64,000 bases of DNA from a bacterium (GTDB lineage Bacteria > Bacillota > Clostridia > Christensenellales > CAG-138): the NCBI GenBank assembly GCA_022778545.1, contig JALFDW010000037.1, positions 8,020 through 72,019 on the forward strand. Direction: 5' to 3'. Shown here piece after piece: positions 1 to 8,499 of the stretch. Under the pieces are notes generated by a model. It saw nothing but the letters and a program-made list of their open reading frames with translations, did not search any database and was not told where the DNA came from. Each line of letters begins with the position of its first letter. Positions within the stretch are counted from its first letter, which is position 1. The position numbers and the translations under genes were made by a program.

Positions 1-557
1 GTGCGGTATTCCTCCACCACGAACGGCGCGCGGGTATCGATCTTCGCGGCGATGGATTCGACCGTCGTTACCCGGTTGAGCAGGTCGTTGCAGAGCCGTT
101 CCCCTTCGCCGGCGCGCATGCGTTTGAGCGCAGTTACGGCCCTCAGCGCTGCTTCGCGCGCCAACGCGGCCACCGCATCGCGATCCTCCTCCGCCTCGAT
201 CACATCCGTCACATCCGGAAAGCGCATGGCGGTGGAAAGGGAAATATCATCCTTCAGTTCGTATTGCGCAGCTGCCTTGCGGGCAGCGGTAAGATAGGCG
301 CCCATGAGCGCTTCGTCGATCACAACGGTGCGCGCATCCATGCGCGTATTGCGGTAATTCACATAAATGTCAACGTGCCCACGCGAAAGCTGCTCTGAAA
401 GGAGCTGGCGCAGCACATCTTCAATGAACCCGATATGCCGCGGCATGCGGAATGCCAAGTCCAGATAGCGGTGATTCACGCTTTTGAGCTCGATCGTGAT
501 CTCTCTTCCATCGGACGCCACCGTTGCGCGCCCAAAGCCGGTCATGCTGCTGATCAT
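1..557 (-). CDS. YicC/YloC family endoribonuclease (3' end runs off the window)
   Basis: GAGGAGG SD then ATG; N-terminus MISSMTGFGRATV...ELKSVNHRYLDL is the YicC_N signature; frame open to the window edge. Confidence 0.88.
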   Translation of the reverse strand, partial: MISSMTGFGRATVASDGREITIELKSVNHRYLDLAFRMPRHIGFIEDVLRQLLSEQLSRGHVDIYVNYRNTRMDARTVVIDEALMGAYLTAARKAAAQYELKDDISLSTAMRFPDVTDVIEAEEDRDAVAALAREAALRAVTALKRMRAGEGERLCNDLLNRVTTVESIAAKIDTRAPFVVEEYR

Positions 558-634
558 GCCATGCCTCCTCAGATCGTCTTAAACCAATTTATTATAGCAC
601 AGAATCGCGGGGATTGAAACGTATTTTGCCGAAT

Positions 635-1615
635 TCAGGCCTTCTGCTGCGGGAGCCTGTAAAGCTCATCCGCGCCCGGCGGGTCGATCGGCGCGCCGTC
701 CGCAAAGAATGCGCCGCGCCCCTCCTTCACCGCCCCAATCACCGCCGCGGGGATTCCCTCCGCCCGAAGTCCGCGCACAAGCGACGCCCCATCCTCACAG
801 GCGATCAGCATCGCTCCGCTTGAAAGCAGGCGCAGCGGGTCAAGCCCGAGCGCAGCGCAGATGTGCTCCGTTGCCGGGTGTACGGGAACGGCCGCGCGGT
901 CGATCTCCACACAGCAGCCAGCGGCTTCCGCCATCTCCCACGCCGCACCGAGCACGCCGCCTTCCGTCACATCATGCATGGCGGTGGCGCAGTGTTCCGC
1001 TGCATACAGCCCTTCCTTCACGACGCTCACCGCGCCGAAGAAAGCGCGCGCCGCCTGCAGTTCCTCCTCCGGAATGCCGGAAAGCATATCCGCATGGTCG
1101 CTTGCAAGGATCGCCGTTCCCTCAAGCCCGGCGGATTTTGTGAGAACAAGGTCATTCCCGGCGCGCATGTTCCGCGCATCCAGCACGCCGCGCGAACCCG
1201 CTTTAGCAAGTACCGTCGCGCAGGTCACCATGCGCGTTACGGAATCCGTGACCTCCGTGTGCCCTCCGATGATCTCCACGCCGGCCTGCTCAGCGGCAAA
1301 AGAAAGCTCATCCGCCACGCGGGCGATGTCCTTTTCCGTCGCCGACGGCGGCACGAGCAGCGTCACAAGAAGCCCGATAGGCTCCGCGCCGGCTGCCGCC
1401 GCGTCATTACAGCTCACATGCACCGTAAGCTGGCCCAAATTGTTATCCGCGGAGGTGATGGGGTCCGTGGAAAGCACGGCAAGCCGCCCGCCAAGGTCAA
1501 CGGCAGCGCAGTCCACCCCCACGCGCGGCGAGCAGACCACCTCGCTGCGCACATGCCGGAATTTGCTTAAAATCAGCCCGTTCAGCTGATCGTTGTCCAG
1601 TTTTCCGATCCTCAT
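635..1615 (-). CDS. AIR synthase-related (PurM/HypE-like) protein
   Basis: MRIGKL start overlapping ligA stop (ATGA); motifs STDPIT, ND, IIGGHTEVT, MHDVTEGG. Confidence 0.85.
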   Translation of the reverse strand: MRIGKLDNDQLNGLILSKFRHVRSEVVCSPRVGVDCAAVDLGGRLAVLSTDPITSADNNLGQLTVHVSCNDAAAAGAEPIGLLVTLLVPPSATEKDIARVADELSFAAEQAGVEIIGGHTEVTDSVTRMVTCATVLAKAGSRGVLDARNMRAGNDLVLTKSAGLEGTAILASDHADMLSGIPEEELQAARAFFGAVSVVKEGLYAAEHCATAMHDVTEGGVLGAAWEMAEAAGCCVEIDRAAVPVHPATEHICAALGLDPLRLLSSGAMLIACEDGASLVRGLRAEGIPAAVIGAVKEGRGAFFADGAPIDPPGADELYRLPQQKA

Positions 1616-3600
1616 TCGGCCTCTCCGATCCAATTGAAAAATTCTGTTTCGTTCAGCACCGGCACGCCAAGCGCCTGTGCCTTTTCCAGCTTGCTTCCGG
1701 CGTTCTCTCCGGCAAGCACATAATCCGTTTTTTTGCTGACGCTTCCCGCCGCCTTGCCGCCCATGCGTTCAATGAGCGCCTCGATCTCCTTGCGCCCCAT
1801 GCGTTCCATCGTGCCCGTGACAACGATTGTCTTCCCCGCAAGCGGGCTGTCGCTCTGTTGTGTTTCCTCCGGGGTGGGCGAAACACCGTGCGCAAGCAAC
1901 CGGTCGATCTGTTTTGCGATCGACGAATCAGCGAAAAACTCCACGATGCTGTCCGCCACAATGTCGCCGATATCCTCCACGGCGATGAGTTCTTCCCGCG
2001 TCGCATGGCGCACCGCGTCGAGCGTGCCAAACCGACGTGCAAGGTCGCGCGCAGTCTTTGCGCCCACATTCGGGATGCCGACTGCGAACAGGAACGCGCC
2101 AAGCGTGCGGTGCTTGCTCGCCGCAAGGGCGTTCATCAGGTTTTGCACCTTCTTTTCCTTGAAGCCCTCGAGGGCAAGGAAATCCTGCGGCGCAAGGTCG
2201 TAAAGGTCAGGAATGCTCGAAAGGCCAAGCTTTTCTACAAGCTGCGCAGCCGTTTTCTCGGAAAACGTTTCGATGTCCATCGCCTCGCGCGAAGCGTAAT
2301 GCGCAAGCCGTGCCGCGATCTGCGGCGGGCAGGAAAGCGAGTTGGTGCAGTAAAGATGCACGCCGCGATGTTCCACATGGGCGCCGCACGCAGGGCAGCG
2401 CACAGGCTTTTCCACCGGGCGTTCCGGCACATCCCCCTCCACAGCGGAGAGGATCTCCGGGATCACATCGTTGCTCCTGCGCAGGAACACGCGGGAACCA
2501 ATGCCCACGCGCTTGCGCACGATATCATCCCAGTTATTGAGCGTCGCGTGGCTGATGGTCGCCCCCGCAAGCTCGACGGGCTCAAGGTGTGCGCGGGGCG
2601 TCAGCTTGCCCGTGCGCCCGACCTCCCAGGTCACGTCACGCACGATGGTCGTGGTCTCCTCCGCCGCAAACTTGAAGGCGATCGCCCAGCGCGGGAAGCG
2701 GTCGGTCGCGCCAAGCGCCGCGCGCGTTGCGAAATCGCGCACCTTTACCACCATGCCGTCGATCAGGAAATCCAGCGTTTCCCGCGTTTTCTCCGCTTCC
2801 ACAATGCCGTCATAAACGGCCTCGATGCTGTCAAACGTCTGCAAGAACGGGCTTGTGGGTAGGCCGTTTTCCCGAAGGAACGCGATCATCTCCGTCTGCT
2901 CCGTAAGCGTCTTTCCTTCAATAAAGCCAATGTTGTAAAAATAGCAGTCCAACCGGCGCCGCGCCGTCACCTTGGGATCCAGGTTCCGGAGCGCACCCGC
3001 CGCCGCGTTGCGGGCATTCTTAAGCTGCTCCTCACCGGCACGGTTGAGCTCATCCAGCACGGAAAGGCGCATATAACATTCGCCCTGCACCTCCATCCTG
3101 CCCTTGAATGGGATCGTAAGTGGAATGGAGCGGATGGTGCGGATCTGCGGAAGGATGGCTTCCCCCACCACACCGTTGCCGCGCGTTGCGCCACGCACGA
3201 GCATGCCGTTTTCATAGGTCAGGTTTACGGTGAGGCCATCGAACTTGTATTCAAGCGCATAGCGCACCGGCGGGAGCTTTCCCTCGTTTGCGGCGTTGTA
3301 CTCCGCGCGCAGGCGTTCTGCGCGCTCGCCCCACGCAATGAGCGCCTCGCGCGTGCGCACCTTGTCCATGCTCCAAAGCCGCGCAAGGTGGTTTTGCTGT
3401 TCAAAGGCCGAAAGCGGTTCGCTGCCGACGCGCTGCGTAGGCGAATCCGGCAATACGATACCCGTTTCCGCCTCAAGCGCCAAAAGCGCATCAAAGAGCG
3501 CATCATATTCCGCGTCACTCACCTTCGGCGCATCGAAAGCATAATAGGCGCGGGCGTAATCGTTGAGCTTGTCCACAAGCTCCTGCATGCGTTCCTGCAT
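1612..3600 (-). CDS. ligA: NAD-dependent DNA ligase
   Basis: EYKFDG adenylation motif, TRGNG, Cys zinc finger, HhH repeats, C-terminal BRCT (GSVSKKTDY). Confidence 0.98.
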   Translation of the reverse strand: MQERMQELVDKLNDYARAYYAFDAPKVSDAEYDALFDALLALEAETGIVLPDSPTQRVGSEPLSAFEQQNHLARLWSMDKVRTREALIAWGERAERLRAEYNAANEGKLPPVRYALEYKFDGLTVNLTYENGMLVRGATRGNGVVGEAILPQIRTIRSIPLTIPFKGRMEVQGECYMRLSVLDELNRAGEEQLKNARNAAAGALRNLDPKVTARRRLDCYFYNIGFIEGKTLTEQTEMIAFLRENGLPTSPFLQTFDSIEAVYDGIVEAEKTRETLDFLIDGMVVKVRDFATRAALGATDRFPRWAIAFKFAAEETTTIVRDVTWEVGRTGKLTPRAHLEPVELAGATISHATLNNWDDIVRKRVGIGSRVFLRRSNDVIPEILSAVEGDVPERPVEKPVRCPACGAHVEHRGVHLYCTNSLSCPPQIAARLAHYASREAMDIETFSEKTAAQLVEKLGLSSIPDLYDLAPQDFLALEGFKEKKVQNLMNALAASKHRTLGAFLFAVGIPNVGAKTARDLARRFGTLDAVRHATREELIAVEDIGDIVADSIVEFFADSSIAKQIDRLLAHGVSPTPEETQQSDSPLAGKTIVVTGTMERMGRKEIEALIERMGGKAAGSVSKKTDYVLAGENAGSKLEKAQALGVPVLNETEFFNWIGEAE

Positions 3601-3635
3601 GAGGCGGTTCTCCTTTGCAAATGTTGCTGTTTGTT

Positions 3636-5885
3636 TTATTCTTCCACAGGCGTGAGCGGAGCATAAGCGGCCGCAAAGCGTTTTACGCCGCAGGAGGCAA
3701 AATCAACCGTGACCGTCATAGCGCTGCCGCTGCCCGCCGTCTCAAGGACTGTGCCCTCGCCGAATTTCTCATGCCGCACGCGTGAGAACTGCGTAAACTG
3801 CTTTCCTGTGGGCGCAGCATCCGGCGCATGGCGCACCGCCGCAGGCGCAGGGACGGAAACCGTATCCCGGCGCACACCAAACCCCTGGGAAGATGCATAT
3901 TTCGGCATCTCGGCATCCCGTTTCCAGATGGCGCGCTGCGGCTGTTGCTGCGCAACACGCTGCTCCTGCCGGCACTCGATCAGTTCCTTCGGGATCTCCG
4001 CAATGAAGCGGGAGGGCTGATTGTACGCGCTGTCCCCAAAGATTGAGCGCTGCTGCGCGTTGATGAGATAGAGCTTCTCCCGGGCACGGGTAATACCAAC
4101 ATAGCAGAGCCTGCGCTCCTCTTCAAGCGCGCCGTGGGTCATGTCCATGCGTGCGCGGAAGGTCGGGAACACGTTCTCCTCCATGCCGGCCAGAAACACC
4201 ACCGGGAACTCCAACCCTTTTGCGCTGTGCAGCGTCATGAGCGCAACGGAACCGTTTCCTTCTTCCATCGCGTCGATATCCGAAATAAGAGCAACGTTCT
4301 CCAAGAACGCATTGAGCACGTTTTCTCCTTCCGGCAGATCCCGTTCGATCTCCTTGATGTTGCCGACGAGCTCGCGCAGGTTGTCCATCCGCGATTCCAG
4401 CTCACCCTTTTTATCATCCGCCGCAAGATATGCCTCATAGCGGATCTCCTTGATGAGGTATTCCACAAAATCCGAAAGCGGCATCACGGCGTTCATGGCC
4501 ATCAGCTCCGCGATGCAATCGGTAAACGTCTTGAGTTTTTTTGCCGTCTGCGCCGTAAGCAGCGCACCGTCCATTGCCGCAAAGAGCATGGAAAGGCCCT
4601 GCGTCTCGGAAGCGAGGCGAAGCTCCTCAATGGCCTTTTCGCCGATGCCCCGGCGTGGCACGTTGATGATGCGCATGAGCGCAACATCATCGTTCGGGTT
4701 GGCGATCACGCGAAGATATGCAAGGATATCCTGGATTTCCTTGCGTTCATAGAAGCGGAAGCCGCCATATACTTTGTGGGGGATGCCGTAATTGAGGAGC
4801 GTGCCTTCCAGCACGCGGCTCTGCGCGTTCATGCGGTAAAGGATGGCAAAATCCGAATACGCCCGGCCATCCCGCACACCCTCAAGGATCTTGCGGCAAA
4901 TGAAGTTCGCCTCATCCCGCTCGGAAGCGGCAATATACCGTTCAATGAGCTCACCGCCCTCCTGCTCCGTCCAGAGCGTCTTGCGCTTGCGGCTCTGGTT
5001 GTTGGAAATGACGGCATTTGCCGCATCAAGGATTTTGCTGGTGGAACGGTAATTCTGCTCCAGCCGGATCACCTGCGCCCCCTCAAAATCCTTTTCAAAG
5101 CTCATGATGTTGCGGATATCCGCGCCGCGCCAGCCATAGATGCTCTGGTCATCATCGCCGACAACGCAAATGTTGCCGTGCGTGCGGCAAAGCAGCTCCA
5201 CAAAGCGGTACTGCGGCATGTTGGTGTCCTGATACTCATCTACCAGCACATAGCGGAACTTGCTGCGGTATTTTTCAAGAATATCCGGGTTGGTCTCAAG
5301 CAGCGTGAGCGTTTTCACGAGCAGGTCGTCAAAATCGAGCGCATTCGCAGCGCGGAGGCGCTTTTCATACTGCTTGTAAACGCGCAGCGTAAGTCCCTCG
5401 CTGTCCGCATAAGTCTCCGCGAGGAACTGCTCCGGGTTAAGGGATTTGTTTTTCGCGTTGGAGATGCGTTCTTTCATCTCCCGCTTGGGCATGTTTTTCT
5501 CGTTCATGCCCATATCTTTCAGGATATCGCCGATGACCTTCATCTGATCGCTATCGGCGTAGATGGTGAAATTGCGCTCGTAGCCCAGGCGGTCGCAGTC
5601 AATGCGCAGCATTTTGGCGCAGCAGGAATGGAACGTGGTCACCCACATGTCCTCCGCGCCTTCGCCAACAAGCGCCGCCGCGCGCTCGCGCATCTCGGCC
5701 GCCGCCTTGTTCGTGAACGTCAGCGCAAGGATGTTCCACGGCTTGACGCCATGTTCAATCAGGTTTGCGATGCGGTATGTAAGCACGCGCGTTTTGCCGC
5801 TGCCCGCACCCGCCAGCACAAGCAGAGGGCCATCCAGGCATTCCACAGCCGCGCGCTGTTCCTTGTTCAAAACCGAAAGATCCAT
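3636..5885 (-). CDS. pcrA: ATP-dependent DNA helicase PcrA/UvrD
   Basis: LAGAGSGKT, TFTNKAA, VDEYQD, QNYRS, TLHSAKGLEF, YVGITRA, C-terminal Tudor-like HEKFGEG; start placed at MDLSVLN. Confidence 0.97.
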   Translation of the reverse strand: MDLSVLNKEQRAAVECLDGPLLVLAGAGSGKTRVLTYRIANLIEHGVKPWNILALTFTNKAAAEMRERAAALVGEGAEDMWVTTFHSCCAKMLRIDCDRLGYERNFTIYADSDQMKVIGDILKDMGMNEKNMPKREMKERISNAKNKSLNPEQFLAETYADSEGLTLRVYKQYEKRLRAANALDFDDLLVKTLTLLETNPDILEKYRSKFRYVLVDEYQDTNMPQYRFVELLCRTHGNICVVGDDDQSIYGWRGADIRNIMSFEKDFEGAQVIRLEQNYRSTSKILDAANAVISNNQSRKRKTLWTEQEGGELIERYIAASERDEANFICRKILEGVRDGRAYSDFAILYRMNAQSRVLEGTLLNYGIPHKVYGGFRFYERKEIQDILAYLRVIANPNDDVALMRIINVPRRGIGEKAIEELRLASETQGLSMLFAAMDGALLTAQTAKKLKTFTDCIAELMAMNAVMPLSDFVEYLIKEIRYEAYLAADDKKGELESRMDNLRELVGNIKEIERDLPEGENVLNAFLENVALISDIDAMEEGNGSVALMTLHSAKGLEFPVVFLAGMEENVFPTFRARMDMTHGALEEERRLCYVGITRAREKLYLINAQQRSIFGDSAYNQPSRFIAEIPKELIECRQEQRVAQQQPQRAIWKRDAEMPKYASSQGFGVRRDTVSVPAPAAVRHAPDAAPTGKQFTQFSRVRHEKFGEGTVLETAGSGSAMTVTVDFASCGVKRFAAAYAPLTPVEE

Positions 5886-5999
5886 GATATGCGGTTCTCC
5901 TTCTTTTGCAATGTGAGAACAAGCTTCTGCGCCTTCAGCGCAGAGGCGAACCAATTAATTATAGCACATGAAAACCGGTTTCGGAACAGAAAACCGCGC

Positions 6000-6051
6000 A
6001 AAATGACGAAAGCGGCCTGTGCGTCTCCGGAAGGAGAGGCGCACAGGCCGC
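6000..6051 (-). terminator. Intrinsic terminator after fhs
   Basis: GCGGCCTGTGCG..CTCC/GGAG..CGCACAGGCCGC hairpin followed by T-rich tract on the minus strand. Confidence 0.7.
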
Positions 6052-6088
6052 ACGGCATCCGTTCCCGCTTCGGGGAACGCACATTAAA

Positions 6089-7759
6089 TTAGAAAAGCCC
6101 GGTGATGTTTCCTGCTTCGTCTATGTCGATCCGCTCTGCCGCAGGCAATTTCGGGAGGCCGGGCATCGTCATCACCGTGCCCGTATATGCCACGATGAAG
6201 CCCGCGCCCGCGCAGGCCTTAAGATCGCGCACCGTCACGGTAAAGCCCTCCGGCGCACCAAGCAGCGTGGGGTCATCCGAAAAGCTGTATTGCGTTTTTG
6301 CAACGCATACCGGCAGATTTGCAAGGCCGGTTTCCGCAAGGAGCTTCTCCTTTTTCTCCGCTTCGGCAGTGAAGTGCACATCGGCGCCGCCATATACGCT
6401 GCGCACGATGGCGCGCAGTTTTTCGCGCAGCGGCATGGCATCGTCATAGGAGAAGCGGAAATCGTTTTCCTTCTCGCACAGGCGCACGACCTGTTCCGCA
6501 AGCGCAGCCGCACCCGCGCCGCCTTTCGCCCATGCTTCGCAGCACACGGCCTCGATCCCACGCTCCGCGCAGAGCGATTCGACCAGCGCAAGCTCCGCCT
6601 CGGTATCCGTCGGGAAGCGGTTCACGGCCACAACGGCCGGCAGGCGGAAGGTCTCCGTGATCACCTGCACATGGCGGAACAGGTTGGCAATGCCCTTGCG
6701 GATCGCTTCCGTGTTCTCCGCCCCAAGCTCAGCCTTGGGAACGCCGCCGTGCATCTTGAGTGCGCGCGCCGTAGCGACGATCACAACGGCGGAGGGGCGA
6801 ATGCCGGACTTGCGGCATTTGATATCAAGGAACTTCTCTGCGCCAAGATCCGCGCCAAAGCCCGCCTCCGTCACGACATAATCCGCAAGGCGCGCAGCCG
6901 TTTTTGTTGCGATCACGCTGTTGCAGCCATGGGCGATGTTTGCAAACGGCCCGCCATGGATGAGCGCAGGCGTATGTGCAAGCGTCTGCACCAGGTTGGG
7001 TTTGAGCGCATCCCGCAAAAGCGCCGCCATTGCGCCATGCGCCTTGAGGTCAGCCGCCGTAACGGGTTTGCCTGCGCGCGTATAGCCCACAATGATTGCG
7101 CCAAGGCGCGCTTTCAAATCGGCAAGATCCTCCGCGAGGCAAAGCACGGCCATTACTTCGGATGCAACGGTAATCTCAAACCCATCCTCGCGCGGCATGC
7201 CGTTCATCGTTCCGCCAAGCCCGCTCACGATATGCCGGAGCTGCCTGTCGTTCATGTCCACCGCCCGCTTCCAGGAAATGCGCTTCACGTCGATATCGAG
7301 CGCATTGCCCTGCTGGATGTGATTGTCGAGCATCGCTGCGAGCAGGTTGTTTGCCGCGCCTATGGCATGCATGTCACCAGTGAAATGGAGGTTGATGTCC
7401 TCCATCGGGACGACCTGCGAATATCCGCCGCCCGCCGCGCCGCCTTTTATGCCGAATACCGGCCCGAGTGACGGTTCGCGCAGCGCGATCATCGTTTTTT
7501 TGCCGATCAGTGCAAGCCCGTCGCCAAGGCCAACGCTCACGGTCGTCTTTCCCTCGCCGGCAGCGGTCGGCGTAAGCGCCGTAACAAGAATGACTTTCCC
7601 CGCCCGTTTTCCTTCCGGCAGCGTTTTTACGTTCACCTTTGCCTTGTAGCGCCCATAGTATTCAAGCGCCTCCTCCGGGATGCCCGCGGCTTCCGCCACA
7701 TCACGAACCGGCCACATCTCCGCCGCCTGCGCGATTTGCAGATCGCTCATCTGTTCCAT
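6089..7759 (-). CDS. fhs: Formate--tetrahydrofolate ligase
   Basis: [39 protein letters not shown]; AGGAGG SD before MEQMSD. Confidence 0.98.
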   Translation of the reverse strand: MEQMSDLQIAQAAEMWPVRDVAEAAGIPEEALEYYGRYKAKVNVKTLPEGKRAGKVILVTALTPTAAGEGKTTVSVGLGDGLALIGKKTMIALREPSLGPVFGIKGGAAGGGYSQVVPMEDINLHFTGDMHAIGAANNLLAAMLDNHIQQGNALDIDVKRISWKRAVDMNDRQLRHIVSGLGGTMNGMPREDGFEITVASEVMAVLCLAEDLADLKARLGAIIVGYTRAGKPVTAADLKAHGAMAALLRDALKPNLVQTLAHTPALIHGGPFANIAHGCNSVIATKTAARLADYVVTEAGFGADLGAEKFLDIKCRKSGIRPSAVVIVATARALKMHGGVPKAELGAENTEAIRKGIANLFRHVQVITETFRLPAVVAVNRFPTDTEAELALVESLCAERGIEAVCCEAWAKGGAGAAALAEQVVRLCEKENDFRFSYDDAMPLREKLRAIVRSVYGGADVHFTAEAEKKEKLLAETGLANLPVCVAKTQYSFSDDPTLLGAPEGFTVTVRDLKACAGAGFIVAYTGTVMTMPGLPKLPAAERIDIDEAGNITGLF

Positions 7760-7832
7760 GCTGTTCCTCCTGCTCAAATAATACTTAACCCACCCAAACG
7801 GCAGGTGATTTACCATTCAGCCCAATAAAATC

Positions 7833-7861
7833 AGTGTAGCATATCCCATCACAGCGCGCAA
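7833..7861 (-). promoter_or_regulatory. Putative sigma-A promoter of fhs
   Basis: TTGCGC-17 bp-TACACT with TG extended -10 on the minus strand. Confidence 0.5.
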
Positions 7862-7884
7862 GAAAGGAGCGGATTTCTATACAT

Positions 7885-8020
7885 AAAAATAAAACCCTGC
7901 GTATCTTCGACTTCATTCTCCCATAAAGGGCCTGAACGCTCTGCACAGGAAATCCTGCTTCACGCAGAGAACCTCGGAGCTCACCCTTCGTTGAGCCCGG
8001 TGCGAAGATATTTCGGGTTT
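7885..8020 (-). ncRNA. Unassigned structured small RNA (~135 nt)
   Basis: 5' and 3' ends pair (AAACCC/GGGUUU, UAUCUUCG/CGAAGAUA); internal stems; U-rich tail; begins at the predicted +1 of a consensus promoter; no ORF with an SD. Confidence 0.65.
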
Positions 8021-8026
8021 GTAAGT

Positions 8027-8054
8027 ATTATATCATTACATAATATGCTGTCAA
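8027..8054 (-). promoter_or_regulatory. Consensus sigma-A promoter driving the small RNA
   Basis: TTGACA (8054-8049)-16 bp-TATAAT (8032-8027) with TGn extended -10. Confidence 0.85.
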
Positions 8055-8128
8055 GCACTCACCGCACATTTTTGCGAAGTGTTAAAGAGAGCAATCCATG
8101 CGGAACAATAAGGAGGGTAAGTTGATGC

Positions 8129-8161
8129 GAAGGGAGCCGGACAAGCAGCCCGGCTCCCTCC
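8129..8161 (-). terminator. Hairpin ending the pheST-membrane protein transcript
   Basis: AGGGAGCCGG-loop-CCGGCTCCCT inverted repeat; weak U tract. Confidence 0.5.
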
Positions 8162-8174
8162 TGAAGCACTTCCG

Positions 8175-8486
8175 TTACTTAAAGTATTTCTGGTTGCTCT
8201 TGTATGTTGCGACCCAGCAGCCGATGCCGACGGCAACCGCGATCCCGATCCACAGATATTTGAGCCAGGCAGCATTGTCATAGGGGATGAACGCGCCCGT
8301 TGCATAAAACGCGAAGTCCGCGCCCCACACCAAGTTGATGATCCCGTTTTCCCGGCACCATGCCCGCTTGTCATCCTCATCCTCAATGGCTGTGCGCGCC
8401 GTTTCGGGAATATGCTTTCCCAGCAGCATCAGCACGCCTTTCACAGCTACCCAAACTGCGCAAATGTAAATCAGGATCGTTACCAT
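8175..8486 (-). CDS. Small hypothetical membrane protein (about 3 TM segments)
   Basis: AAGGAGG SD directly at the pheT stop; three hydrophobic stretches in 103 aa. Confidence 0.75.
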   Translation of the reverse strand: MVTILIYICAVWVAVKGVLMLLGKHIPETARTAIEDEDDKRAWCRENGIINLVWGADFAFYATGAFIPYDNAAWLKYLWIGIAVAVGIGCWVATYKSNQKYFK

Positions 8487-8499
8487 GCCATTTTCCTCC

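Noticed and set aside
7760-7885. ZTP (pfl) or THF riboswitch in the fhs leader
   Set aside because: Only fragments resemble the consensus (AUCCGCUCC, GCCGUUUGGG); the conserved cores and pairing partners are absent.
8111-8283. Plus-strand AGGAGGG plus 52-aa ORF as a type I toxin paired with the small RNA
   Set aside because: Mostly antisense to a real membrane gene, runs through its terminator hairpin, has no evident promoter and does not overlap the small RNA.
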